The translations under genes were made by a program, and so were the position numbers. From Macrostomum lignano (taxonomy: Eukaryota), in the NCBI GenBank assembly GCA_002269645.1, contig NIVC01000304.1, positions 62,001 through 126,000 on the forward strand: a stretch of 64,000 nucleotides of DNA, given 5' to 3'. Shown here in pieces: positions 40,973-52,920 of the stretch (within the stretch, counting starts at the first letter, position 1; the number at the start of each line of letters is the position of its first letter). The notes beneath the pieces were generated by a model. It saw nothing but the letters and a program-made list of their open reading frames with translations, was not told the DNA's origin and made no database searches.

Positions 40973-42684
40973 CGATTGCGGCGTGGCCAAATAGCAACAC
41001 CAACTCTGAGTCTCGATCGCTTGGAGCTGGTGGCAACGCCCGAACCAAAAAGGGCGAAGATTTGCCGAATTCATGGGCTTTAAGCATTTTTAGCTCGGCT
41101 TTTTTAGTCCTGCGACTGGCGGGCGGCCTCTCGCACAGCAAGAATTGATAAGATTGGATCCGTGTGCCTGGCGGGGCGGGCTCGGCTCGCATAAACAAGC
41201 TCAACCCTGACATGCTCAGGCGGAATAGCTTCCGAGTTTCTTAATCGTATTGGATAAAGCCAGTGCGCTCCAAACCAAGTGCTAAGAGAGAGAGGGAGAG
41301 AGAGAGAGCCAGAGCTAACACTGCGCAAGACCAGCTAGTGTCGCTTATCTGCTTAGTAACAGGTTTGCTTTGACTGCAAAACTCAGCATGCTAAGGACAG
41401 AACAGTTTCAGTTGGAATGCTGCAGAGGCTGCAGTAGATACTACTTCTATTCGAGATATATAAGTAGCGGTTTCCGCGATATTTGCAAGAGTGCAATGAG
41501 CATCCTTGAGGCGCATTACCAGAGGTGTACAGCAGCCCTGACTGTCTAATCGTCAGACATGTGCAGTTGTACAACTTTCTGTGCTTTGAGTGTTGACCTT
41601 CATATGTCGTCAGTTAATACAATTTAAAGGTAAATGAAACATTAATAATTTGTCAATTATAAATGACTAATTTTGTCAGTCGAGATAGCAGCAAAGCAAC
41701 TGGTGCACACTTAAATAGGAGAAAAAATGGTATATATTTGAAATTTCGATTTCTTAATATAAAAATATTACTAAGGTTATAAGTTGCCATATAATCGGGA
41801 CACGTGTAGACAGACTTGATGATTAGAAGTTCGTATACAGCGAAGAGAATCATGCAGAGCAGTGCAACCAAACAGTGGGCTAGGGGGGTGCACAATAAGA
41901 TTACTTATATACTACTGTACAGAGACAGGACCAGTGAAACCTGTAAAAAATGGTTCTGTTAAAAATATGCTTTCAAACAAAAACTTGCTACACCTGTACA
42001 CAAGATGATGAGTGAGATGCTGTACAAACGGGATTAAACAATAAAAAAATTATGCAAATGGAGCATATAATGATACATACAAAACCAGAGATTGCTGTTG
42101 CCTAGGATACGAAGTCAGAGGGGCTGGCTAATGCATAATACAGTTGAAGCCAATACATGTAGGCAAGGTTGTTACCAATCGATAACAAAAATAAATAATG
42201 ATTTAATCCAAATTTCAGTTCAAACAATATTGCTACATACAAAAACAGCAATTCGGCATTCCGGTTTGTTTCTAAGAAAATTTTTTTAATAATTAACTGA
42301 CTATGCTACTGATGAAATAAGTAATCAGATTTCGATATTTTATCAATTCTTCAACATGCCAAATTAACAATAAAAATAACAAGCAAAAAATTGCCACGAA
42401 ACACCAGGCAATTTAGCGCTACATATACTACTAGTACAGCTACTAGTAAGTAGCATGTATGCATATAGCTGCAGAGGAATTGGGATGAGGCGAGCAAATG
42501 TTCAATATAAATGAAACACAGGCTGGCCAAATTTCAGAACTGACAGCCTGTGACAGAAACACAATAGCAGACTTCATCATACATTTAATAATTGCTCAAT
42601 TGCCTGCAGCTGAGAGTTACTGGTATATTGCACGCAGCATTAACTTCTGACTGCAAATACTAATCCCAAATCATTTTTACCTTT

Positions 42685-44310
42685 TGTGAATCAATCAATC
42701 AATCAATCAGTCAGTTATGAATCAATCAATCAGTCAGTTGTGAATCAATCAATCAGTCAGTTGTGAATCAATCAATCAGTCAGTTATGAATCAATCAATC
42801 AGTCAGTTATGAATCAGTCAATCAGTCAGTTGTGAATCAATCAATCAGTTGTGAATCAATCAATCAGTTGTGAATCAATCAATCAGTTGTGAATCAATCA
42901 ATCAGTTGTGAATCAATCAGTCAGTTGTGAATCAATCAATCAGTCAGTTGTGAATCAATCAATCAGTCAGTTATGAATCAATCAATCAGTCAGTTATGAA
43001 TCAATCAATCAGTTGTGAATCAATCAATCAGTCAGTCAGTTGTGAATCAATCAATCAGTTGTGAATCAATCAATCAGTCAGTCAGTTGTGAATCAATCAA
43101 TCAGTTGTGAATCAATCAATCAGTCAGTCAGTTGTGAATCAATCAATCAGTTGTGAATCAATCAATCAGTCGTGAATCAATTAATCAGTTGTGAATCAAT
43201 CAATCAATCAGTCAGTTGTGAATCAATCAATCAGTCAGTTGTGAATCAATCAATCAGTCAGTTGTGAATCAATCAGTCAGTCAGTTGTGAATCAATCAAT
43301 CAGTTGTGAATCAATCAATCAGTCAGTCAGTTGTGAATCAATCAATCAGTTGTGAATCAATCAATCAGTCGTGAATCAATTAATCAGTTGTGAATCAATC
43401 AATCAATCAGTCAGTTGTGAATCAATCAATCAGTCAGTTGTGAATCAATCAATCAGTCAGTTGTGAATCAATCAATCAGTCAGTTGTGAATCAATCAATC
43501 AGTCAGTTGTGAATCAATCAATCAGTTGTGAATCAATCAATCAATCAGTCAGTTGTGAATCAATCAATCAGTCAGTTGTGAATCAATCAATCAGTCAGTT
43601 GTGAATCAATCAATCAGTTGTGAATCAATCAATCAATCAGTCAGTTGTGAATCAATCAATCAGTTGTGAATCAATCAATCAGTCAGTCAGTTGTGAATCA
43701 ATCAATCAGTTGTGAATCAATCAATCAGTCGTGAATCAATTAATCAGTTGTGAATCAATCAATCAATCAGTCAGTTGTGAATCAATCAATCAGTCAGTTG
43801 TGAATCAATCAATCAGTCAGTTGTGAATCAATCAATCAGTCAGTTGTGAATCAATCAATCAGTTGTGAATCAATCAATCAATCAGTCAGTTGTGAATCAA
43901 TCAATCAGTCAGTTGTGAATCAATCAATCAGTCAGTTGTGAATCAATCAATCAGTTGTGAATCAATCAATCAATCAGTCAGTTGTGAATCAATCAATCAA
44001 TCAGTCAGTTGTGAATCAATCAATCAATCAGTCAGTTGTGAATCAATCAATCAATCAGTTGTGAATCAATCAATCAGTTGTGAATCAATCAATCAGTCAG
44101 TTGTGAATCAATCAATCAGTTGTGAATCAATCAATCAGTTGTGAATCAATCAATCAGTTGTGAATCAATCAATCAATCAATCAGTTGTGAATCAATCAAT
44201 CAATCAGTCAGTTGTGAATCAATCAATCAATCAGTCAGTTGTGAATCAATCAATCAATAAGTTGTGAATCTATCAATCAATTAATCAGCCGTCAATCAAT
44301 CAACCAATCA
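42685..44310. repeat. (AATC)n-based compound satellite (TGTGAATCAATCAATCAGTCAGT)
   Basis: About 1.6 kb of tandem array between the CXXC1-like gene and the esterase-like gene. Confidence 0.97.
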
Positions 44311-44460
44311 ATAATTAACTTGACCCAAAATGTGCTAAACTAACGCATTATACACAACAAGAATACGCAAAACGCATCACGCATACACAGAATCGCAGTG
44401 CTGTACAAGCTGAACTCTACAAAAACAAGGTTAAATTAAAAAACGAACAAAGCAGACAAC

Positions 44461-44821
44461 TTAAGCGGCCGCCTCCTCAGGCCAGGTAACCTTCAAATTG
44501 TCCGTGTCATCGTTCAGCGTGTAGAATGCCTGCTGCTGCTGGTGCTGCTGGATCAGCTGCTGCTGCTGGCTAAATGGCTGAGCAACTGAGGCCGACACCG
44601 ACGCGGCGGCTGACAAAGCGGCAGCAACGGCAGCAGCGGAGCTGACTGGCGATACGAGCTGGCTAACTGGTTGAGGCGACTGACGCTGCCAGCCGCCTGA
44701 GGCGTGGTGCTTGCAATAGGAGTGATCGGAGTAGCTCAGGCCGTACCTGGCAGTTAATTAATATAGTCAAAGATGCAATACGTATGCAATGATAGAACAA
44801 CATATACTTTACACTTTAAAC

Positions 44822-44886
<65 letters not shown>

Positions 44887-47136
44887 TAATAGATTGCACC
44901 TGTCCTAATGGCCAGCTGTGCAACCGACAGCTCAGCCGCAGCTATTGCAAGGCGCATCTGAAGGCTGCGTACGGCTGTTCAGTCCAAGGACTGGGGGGTC
45001 ACCACACAGCCTCAATTACCCCAGCTAATGCTGGCACCCATTTTACAGCTGGGTGAACTGAAGCAATGCAGAGTTAAGTGTCTTGCTCAAGGACACAAAT
45101 TGTTCCGAATGGGTCAGGAATCGAACCCCCGACCTTTGAGTCGTGAGTCCGGCGCTCTAACCGCTAGCCAAAAACCATTCGTAATTTTATGAGTAGAAAA
45201 TTATTGTTAATTTAAAACGCACTCTTGCTGATTATAATCTTACACTGATCATACAAAGTCATTTCAAGTCTTACGCTGACACAGCTGAATAAAAAGGTTA
45301 ATTTAATACTCTTTTCAGCTACTGACAAACATGCGCATTAACTACTGAACACTAGCTGAAATCACCGCTTCTTGGAAAGCTTCCCATAAGACTCAATGGT
45401 TTGACTGGGTGTATAATATAAGATCTATGGCCTATGGATAGAAAATGACACCCAAAAATGACTTCGGGGACGAAAAGATGTTCGCTTGCACCGCTGAAAA
45501 CTAATCCTCAGTGGTCTACGAGTATGGACAAAGATCTATGGGTTCGAGCCTTGAGCTAAGACGGCTATTGACAACAGAATTTTGAATTAGTAATGACTCA
45601 CGGCGTGCAAAACTGCGGTCGCGAAGCCGGCTGGACAACTAAAAGACCGTCGTCAACAGGCAGACGCTGGTGCTGCTGATGATGCCGCCGTTTGCGCCCC
45701 AAGTCGGCAATTGGGGCGGCTACAGCGGCGGCAGGTCTTTGCTGCTGCTGTTGCTGCAACAGAGCTGCCGGCGCAGGCGACAGTCGCTGCTGCTTCTGAT
45801 GGCCGCCGCTATAATCGTCGCGCCGACGCGGCCTGGCCCCGGCGGATAAGTAGAGAAAATATTCGTTGCTAAGCGACGCCTTGGAGGGCCGGCCTCGGCC
45901 GCGCTTCTGTATGGGAAAGGGCAGAGAGCCGAGTCGGCCGCCGAGTTTGGCCATTGTGCGGCACTGCCGGGCCAAGCAGTCCACGCTGTCCAGCTTGAAG
46001 CTCGGGTAGCGCTTCTTGGCCTGGCAGACCTCGCAGCGGCCGCAGTCCGCCTTCAGCCGACAGGCCTCGCAGTAGCCGCACCGTTTCGGGAATCGGAAAA
46101 CGCTGGTAGACGCGAAGTCGTCTTCGTCCAGCAGCGAGTTCTGGTCCTGCTCAACGTCCGACTCCATCTGCGGCGGCCGGAAACCGGACGTCTCTAGCTC
46201 GTCGTCGGTGGCCGACTCGTCCTCGGCCGGCAGGAGCATCTCCTCTTCAACGGCGATATCGTCGGCGTCAACAACAACAGCTTCGGCTTCGTCTTCGTCA
46301 ACATCGACGTCGCTAACGACAGCGCCGAGAGCGGCAGCGGCTGCGGCGGCGGCGGCGGCAGACGGGCTGGACAGCAGCGAGGGCGGATCGGGAACGACAA
46401 CAATGCCGTTGTTGCCACCACCACCGCCGCTGCCTCCACCGTCGGGGACCAGCTCGGCTGACACGTCGTCGATTGAATCGTCCAAAGCTTCATCGACTAT
46501 AGCTTCGTCGTTGGCATCGTTGCTAATTTGGCGAATCGGCGACTGCCGCGCACGTCGCCTGCCGCGCCGTCGTGCAGTGTCCGGCGACGAATCTGGCTGA
46601 GCAGGTTCTGCTCGGCGACTCTGCTGCCCGCCGCGCTGCCGGCGCTGCTGCCGCCCTGACGGCGACCCACCGCGTCCGTTCTGCAGCGTCGAAGCAGGCC
46701 CGTCTGCTTTAGAGCCGTCTTGCTGGTTCTTTACATTCCGAGCCTTTCTCCTGGTTGCAGACTCTGCTGGACTGCTGTTGCTGCTTTTAGAAGCCTCGCT
46801 GGCGTCACGCTTACGCGTGGCCGACTGTTTGCCCCTGCGCCTATGCTTGGCATCTGGCTTGCTGTTAGCGGTTGGCGATGCCGCCGGTTTGTATTGCACA
46901 GCTATGCGGCGATTTCGCTTGCGACAGGCCTCGCAATAATAAGCAACGATGCGCTCCGCCAGGCTGGCCGTGACACTGACGCAGTCGCCGTGGAACCATT
47001 CCTCGCAGCTGTCGCAGGCGATCATGAACCTGGTGCTGTCGGTAGACCGGCACAGGCAGTACACTGGCTTAGGCGGTTTAGCCGGCCTCGAACTTGTCCG
47101 AGGGGCAGCAGAGGACATGTGAACGGCTTTCTGCAT
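44461..47136 (-). CDS. CXXC1: PHD + CXXC zinc-finger protein, CXXC1/CFP1-like, 2 exons, ~606 aa
   Basis: Exons 47136-45602 and 44746-44461 (phase 2, GT-AG). N-terminal PHD PVYCLCRSTDSTRFMIACDSCEEWFHGDCV...YYCEAC, acidic region, CXXC KRCGYCEACRLKADCGRCEVCQAKKRY...CLARQC, AT-hook-like KRGRGRP. The start may extend to an acceptor near 47219. Confidence 0.75.
44822..45170 (-). mobile_element. tRNA-derived CORE-type SINE with (TTA)n tail, in the CXXC1-like intron
   Basis: Minus: A box TGGCTAGCGGTTAGAGC and B box GGTTCGATTCC. TGTGTCCTTGAGCAAGACACTTAACTCT...CAGCTGTAAAATGGG resembles the MIR/CORE domain. 3' (TTA)n tail at 44822-44890. Confidence 0.85.
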
Positions 47137-49379
47137 AGCCTTGGTCTCAACTTTTAGTCTGGGAGAGCCAGTAGGACTGCGGCGACTGCCAACGCCGCTG
47201 CGAGCTTGCTGCCTCTTCTGGGGAGTGGCGTATTAAAAATTATTAAATATGAAATGGGCAGCTTTGCCTGTCTATCTAGTAGAATCTAACTGATATGTGC
47301 TGCACCATATCCTGATAAAATTTTCTATTATTGTTTTCTATGAAGGCTTGTAATCTAATTCTATTATTACTGTTGCTAAGCCTATAACCAATAAAGTTAA
47401 AAATAAATAATGATTTACAACACAGTTAAAATCAATATCCTAAAATTATGACAGCTAATTGCTTTTAAAATATCTTTTTTAATATGCTTTGCCAATAAAA
47501 TTATTTAATAAGATCTAAAAGGTCTATAAGAATGATTGGATAATTATTTGGACAAAAACAACAAAAAATATATGTATTATTATGCATTTCTATAATTTCT
47601 AAATAGACTAAACTTTGGCAAAAACAAATGAAAATTTAAGTATTTTTCTTGACTTCATAGGGTAGCTAATTAGTTATAAACTGACATGAGTCATAGTTAT
47701 GATAATGAAGCCTTTCAAAAATTTAATTATATGAAAAAGCATCTTGTTCCTATAATGGTCAAGATTGTATATCAACTATATTAAAAACAACATTGCTGTC
47801 TACACCCCATAGTCCTGAGTATAAACTATATATGAAAGAATTTTATGCCCTGCATAATTGTAGAAGTGGTTAATAGTTTCTAGGAATATAACAGTTTGAA
47901 TCTGCGCTAATAATTCATTTTATTCTACAAAATATTCTATATATTCTACATATTCTATATATTCTCAATATTTAATATTTGTTAAAAATACACGCCTTTG
48001 AATAGTATAAATAGGAGCAGGCTGAGAAGAAGAAGAGATAACTCGTTCAATAGCTATAAGCTCAAAACGTGTTCTATAAATCGTTCTCAGATCATTGTTC
48101 ATTTCTAAGAGTATTGTAAAGAAGGTTGGAGGTTGCAATTGGGATTCATGCAAAGAGTAGTACCAAGAGTAATCGCTGTGACCCTCTAATCTCGGTAACG
48201 CCCAGACTAGAGAGAGAAAGTACATATACCAGTAAGACCGCTCAGGCCATATACTAAGAATGCTACCAGACTAATACATAAGACGCTACCAGACTAATAC
48301 ATAAAATGCTACCAGCATATCCAAATGGAATTCTAAGAAACAGTTAGAAATACCAAAGGCAGAATTTAGTATCAGCAGTATAAATTTAATAGAGGGAAAT
48401 TGAAAACCTGCTACAACTTGGTGACAACAGTGGGATAGTTGGAGGACAGAAGTAAGCCCCACGACAACTTTGGTTATAGCGGTAGGATTGTGTATCGTAT
48501 GGGAACACCCCTAGCACAACTTGGTGTCAGCGGCTGAGATTTCTAGAAAGAGGAATCAGCCCTGCGACATAATGTATATAAGAGTAGATCAAATCCACCA
48601 CATGTGTATTCATATATCAAAAGAGGGATATAAACTTTCAATGACTGCAACCAATCAATTTGGCTATTACTTGCATTTTTTAAATGATTTCAATATAATC
48701 TTTTCTATATCCAATTTTTCTTGGAAAAAATAAAAATAAAAACTTTTTTCTAGAATACAAAATTTGTAACAGGATTAAAAATGTTACTTAATATAATTTA
48801 TTTTACTCTTTACAAAAAAGTATACATGTTATATAGTTCTATCTTTTTTATACTAGACTATTTAAAAAAATTCTTTTTTATTGGTTTTTTCATTAGGTAT
48901 TTATGGCAAGGCTAGGTTTAAACTTATGCCAAAGATTTTAAATAAACCTTATAAGTAAGCAAATAGATTATAGAAACCATGGAAAAGGTAAAGATCAAGT
49001 TATATATAAATATAAGTATATCATATATTTTAATGATATTTATTTTTAATGGAATATATACAAAAATAGTTCTAAAGGTTGGAATTTAGCAGGTTCAAAA
49101 TCTGTGGGTTTCAACAGCTAGTTTTTTATAATTATAATAATTCCTTGAAAAAATGAGGAACTGCACTAAATTGATACATTTTTCAATTTTACTAAGGGCC
49201 AAATACTGGTTTTATATTAAGATACACTATTACATTAAAGTGTTTAACATGATACCAAAAATTTTGTCAAAAATACAGCCATAATATACCATTTTTGATA
49301 GAAAAGTCTCATGTGCAACAAGGTCCTAGGCAGTTTAATACACAGCAATAAGAACAACAAAGTACACTGTCAGGTGGAA

Positions 49380-51600
49380 AAAAAGCAGTGTCACAGGGCA
49401 TGCTTCAGAGCCTGGGTGCAAACAAAGGCCACACCACCAGCAGAGTCCAGGGCACCAGCGTCGGCCAGCAGGCAGTCAATGAAACGCCAAGTTTGGGCCT
49501 GGCCACACCAGTAGGGTGCCTGCAGCATTAGCAGCAGCACCTCTTGCACTAGCTGCGGGCAGTAGGCTCATTCCATATAAGATGGACATATTTGGAAAAT
49601 AGAAAAAAGTCAATATTTTTGCTTGCCATTGCCTAATTAGCCTATTTTTTTACCAAATGTTTATATTGTGCAATATATACAATCTAAGAATATAGGAATG
49701 GTAAAATGTTGGGTTAGTATGTTATCAATTGGCAAAAAGTCATTTTTGTAAAAATTTGGACATTTTTCGAAGCAAAAGACATCATTAAGATTTTGTACCT
49801 TTTAAAAACAAATAGAAAGCTTTTGAAGGTTGAAACAAACTATAGATAAAAGTATAGTACTTGCATCATCAGATAAAAGCATTGGTGACCAAATAATCTA
49901 TTATATTTTTAATGTATTAGTACCTCAAAGTTACTGAATTGACAGAAAAAAATATATTACGACCATAATGTTACGACCATAAGGCTGCCTTTTCTTTTGT
50001 ATCTTTGTTGCCTTTTGAGTTTATATATTCTAATAAAAGAGTATGATTTCTAAAGATGTTCTTAGTCAAATTTTAAAAATGTATTGCAAAATATCAAAAA
50101 TGAAAAATGTTATAAGACTTTTACCTTTTAGTTTCTATATGTCAAAAATCCTGTCGTTACGACCATAAGTGTCATTTAAGGTTTAATAGCATCTATACTA
50201 ATGATGATATCTATATGAAACTCTATAAATATATTCTAGACAAAATAATCTTTCATTTAAAATATTGGTTTAGTATATTCTATTATTAGATTTCATTTTA
50301 TAAGTAAAAATAACCTGTCATGTTACGACCATGCTTATATGGAATGAGCCAGTAGGACTTGGTGCGGATGATGTGGCCTGCCAGCTGGTCGCTGAACTTG
50401 CAGCAGTTCACTTGGATGGGCCAGGCTGGTGCGGCAATAGAGTGCCGCATTAGTGATCCACTCGTGGCTGATCTTAAAGGTGGCGCATAGCAGGCCAGCA
50501 TGCACCACATTGACTTGCTGTTTGAGCAAATCCGTCAGCATCCAGGTCTTGGCATTGTACAACAGGATGATCTCGACCACCACCTAGAACAGCGCTGCCC
50601 TCTGGCGGTCAGGTAGGGCCTTGGACTGCAGGACCACCCTCACAGAGCAAAAGGTAGCCCAAGCAAGCCCGCGGCAATGCCACAGATCTTTGCAGACGTC
50701 AGGTACCAGACTGCCAAGGAAGACGAACTGCTGACAATGCAGAAGCTCCGTTACCTGCCCACCAGCACCTTGACAGAAAATTGTGGCCTCGATGTCGCCC
50801 TGCACACAGAGCACAATGGTCTTTGTGTTGACCACCAGGGTGATGCTTGCTGCAGTGCTACTGGCACTGAGCACCCTCTATGGTCGAGGACAGCAGGGCA
50901 AGGTCATCAGCATAGCCAACCACACTGAGCCATTTCTCTAGTTGATGTTGACCCATGCGTTGCCACAGTAGGAAGCCATCTTTGTCAATGGGAAGAGCAG
51001 TTTGTAGCACCCAGTCAAGCACCAAGACAAACAGGAAGGGCACTAGAGTGTCCCCTTGGAGCACCCCAGAGGATGTCTCAAAGGAGTCCAACAGGCCATC
51101 CGGCATCATCACAGCTGCTCTTGTAGTACAGTACAATGCCATTATGGCAGAGATCAGCTGTTCTGGTACATGATATGCATGGAACACATGTGGGAGTGCA
51201 GCCCTTGCAACCAAGTTGAATGCCTTCATGAAGTTAATGAAGACAACAATCAGGTCCAACTGGCGCGTGTGTGCCTCCTCAATGATTTGGCGAAGAGCTA
51301 AGACCTGCACTAGCATACCACAATAGGGCCAAAACCCATTCTACTCAGGTCGCAGGTAGGGATCCAGTATGGGTTGCAACCACGATAGCAGCATCCGGTT
51401 GAACAACTTTGCAGCATAGGATTGCAGGCAGATGCCTTGGTGCTCATCTAGCCATGTAGTGCCCAGCTTTTTTGGAATGGCAATGATGTGCACCATGGTC
51501 CACTTGGTAAGTGTCATTTCACCACAGTTTAATACTGTATATATAGTATGCATCAAGGAGTTGGCAAAGTTCTTTTGGTATGTTTAACATAGCAGTGCTA
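49380..51600 (-). mobile_element. 5'-truncated, frameshifted non-LTR retrotransposon (RTE-type RT), interrupted by a MITE
   Basis: RT motifs GICLQSYAAKLFNRMLL, VFINFMKAFN, GVLQGDTLVPFLFVLVLD, YADDLALLS, LLYNAKTWML, AGHIIRTKSY|CPQLVQEVLLL. The frame continues across the MITE at 49565-50350. Confidence 0.92.
49565..50350. mobile_element. Non-autonomous DNA transposon (MITE) copy 2, 786 bp
   Basis: Same 17-bp TIR as 22902-23685, with 4-bp TSD AGTA (49561-49564, 50351-50354). Confidence 0.92.
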
Positions 51601-52346
51601 TATATAGGACTCTCTATAGGAAAAAGTTGTAAAATGCGGATGGCGTCCAGAGCACTTTTGAAATTTTTTTGAAGCATAGTGCGTGCATAGGCACATAAGC
51701 CCTAGCCTAGTGCCTGCATATGCACTTTCCTTTTCTATTGGCTGCTGCTCTAGCAAATAAATATATATAAAAGGGGGCCTAATACCTTTGGGCCTATACA
51801 CTTATCATTTATAATGCTTAAAGATGTTCCAAATTTTCCATTACAATTTCCCAACATTTTTTTAAAGTGAATTTATATCTTTTAAAATTCAAAAGTCAAA
51901 ATTTTGGAAGTATCTAAAAAGTGGCTAAAAATAAACTAATTTCTATTATATATAGGCCTACATATATTTTGTTATGCATAAGCAGTAAATCAAAAGTAAA
52001 AAGTGAGTATTGGTCATAATAAACTTTGTTTTTCTAAATTTGATTTTGGAAAATTTCAATTTTAATTTCAAAAAGTTCACAAATTTTGATTTTGACAAAA
52101 AATGCTATTTTGGAACATCTCTAATAATGTAGCATCCAGAGCAAAAAATTCTCATGTATACAGTGTATATTTGGTACTAGGTCTATAGCCAACAAGAACT
52201 AGGGCCTATGCAGTAGGCCTTATACTATACATCTTTTAAATAGGCTAGGGGGCCTAGGCCTAAGTAAATTATTTTGACTTGTCTAGATATAGCCTCTATC
52301 AAATTATAAACAAACTAAATAATCAATGCAATAAGACCCCTAGGGC

Positions 52347-52920
52347 CAGGGGCAGATCTAGAGGGGGGCCAAGGCCCCTCTCAGCTGCAGCCAAAAAAAA
52401 TTTGGTCATCCTTTTTACGAAGAGCTTGCGTGCACGGCAGCCGTTCACGTAAGCTCAGAATTGCGTGCACGGCGGCTATCTACCTAGTGCTTTATTTGCA
52501 TGTATGCAGCCGTACACCTAGTGTTGTAATTGCGTGCACGGCAGCCGGCAATTGGCCGGGACTGGGGCCCTTAAATCCACGCATTGGCATTGCAAACCTA
52601 ATTAAAAAATATTTTTACTATATTGTTTTATAATGTTTTATCCCCCGTACACCATGGACTGCAAATGTAATCTTAATTCATTGTTTTTTTGTTAACTTGA
52701 ATATTAATTCAAATAGTATATGACTTACTGTATAAGCCTATAAGATATAGCTCTGCCGTGCACGCAATTCTGAGCTTACGTGAACCATGAACGGCGGCCG
52801 TGCACGCAAGCTCTTCGTACTTTTTAGCCTGCTACTATGCTAGGTCTATTTTCCAATATGGGGTTGTAGTGCTTGGTATAGCTTGGCCCCCTCCTCAAAA
52901 ATTTTCTGGATCTGCACCTG
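52347..52920. mobile_element. hAT-like MITE with a nested TA-TSD MITE
   Basis: Imperfect TIR CAGGGGCAGATCTAGA / TCTGGATCTGCACCTG and 8-bp TSD CCTAGGGC / CCTATGGC (1 mismatch). Confidence 0.7.
52418..52817. mobile_element. 400-bp MITE with TA target duplication (Tc1/mariner-style)
   Basis: TIR CGAAGAGCTTGCGTGCACGGC...CACGTAAGCTCAGAATTGCGTGCACGGC mirrored at the right end. TA on both sides and repeated GCGTGCACGGC motifs. Confidence 0.85.

Noticed and set aside
40352-41213. Long plus-strand and alternate-frame ORFs over GC-rich exons (also at 11007-11793, 13885-14466, 46208-47157)
   Set aside because: Shadow ORFs caused by high GC codon usage of the real minus-strand genes.
45110-45170. tRNA gene
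   Set aside because: A and B boxes are present but there is no complete cloverleaf, and the sequence continues into a CORE domain and tail, so it is a SINE head.
47965-48225. 86-aa ORF in an AT-rich block
   Set aside because: It may be a decayed transposon remnant, but I could not assign it to a family.
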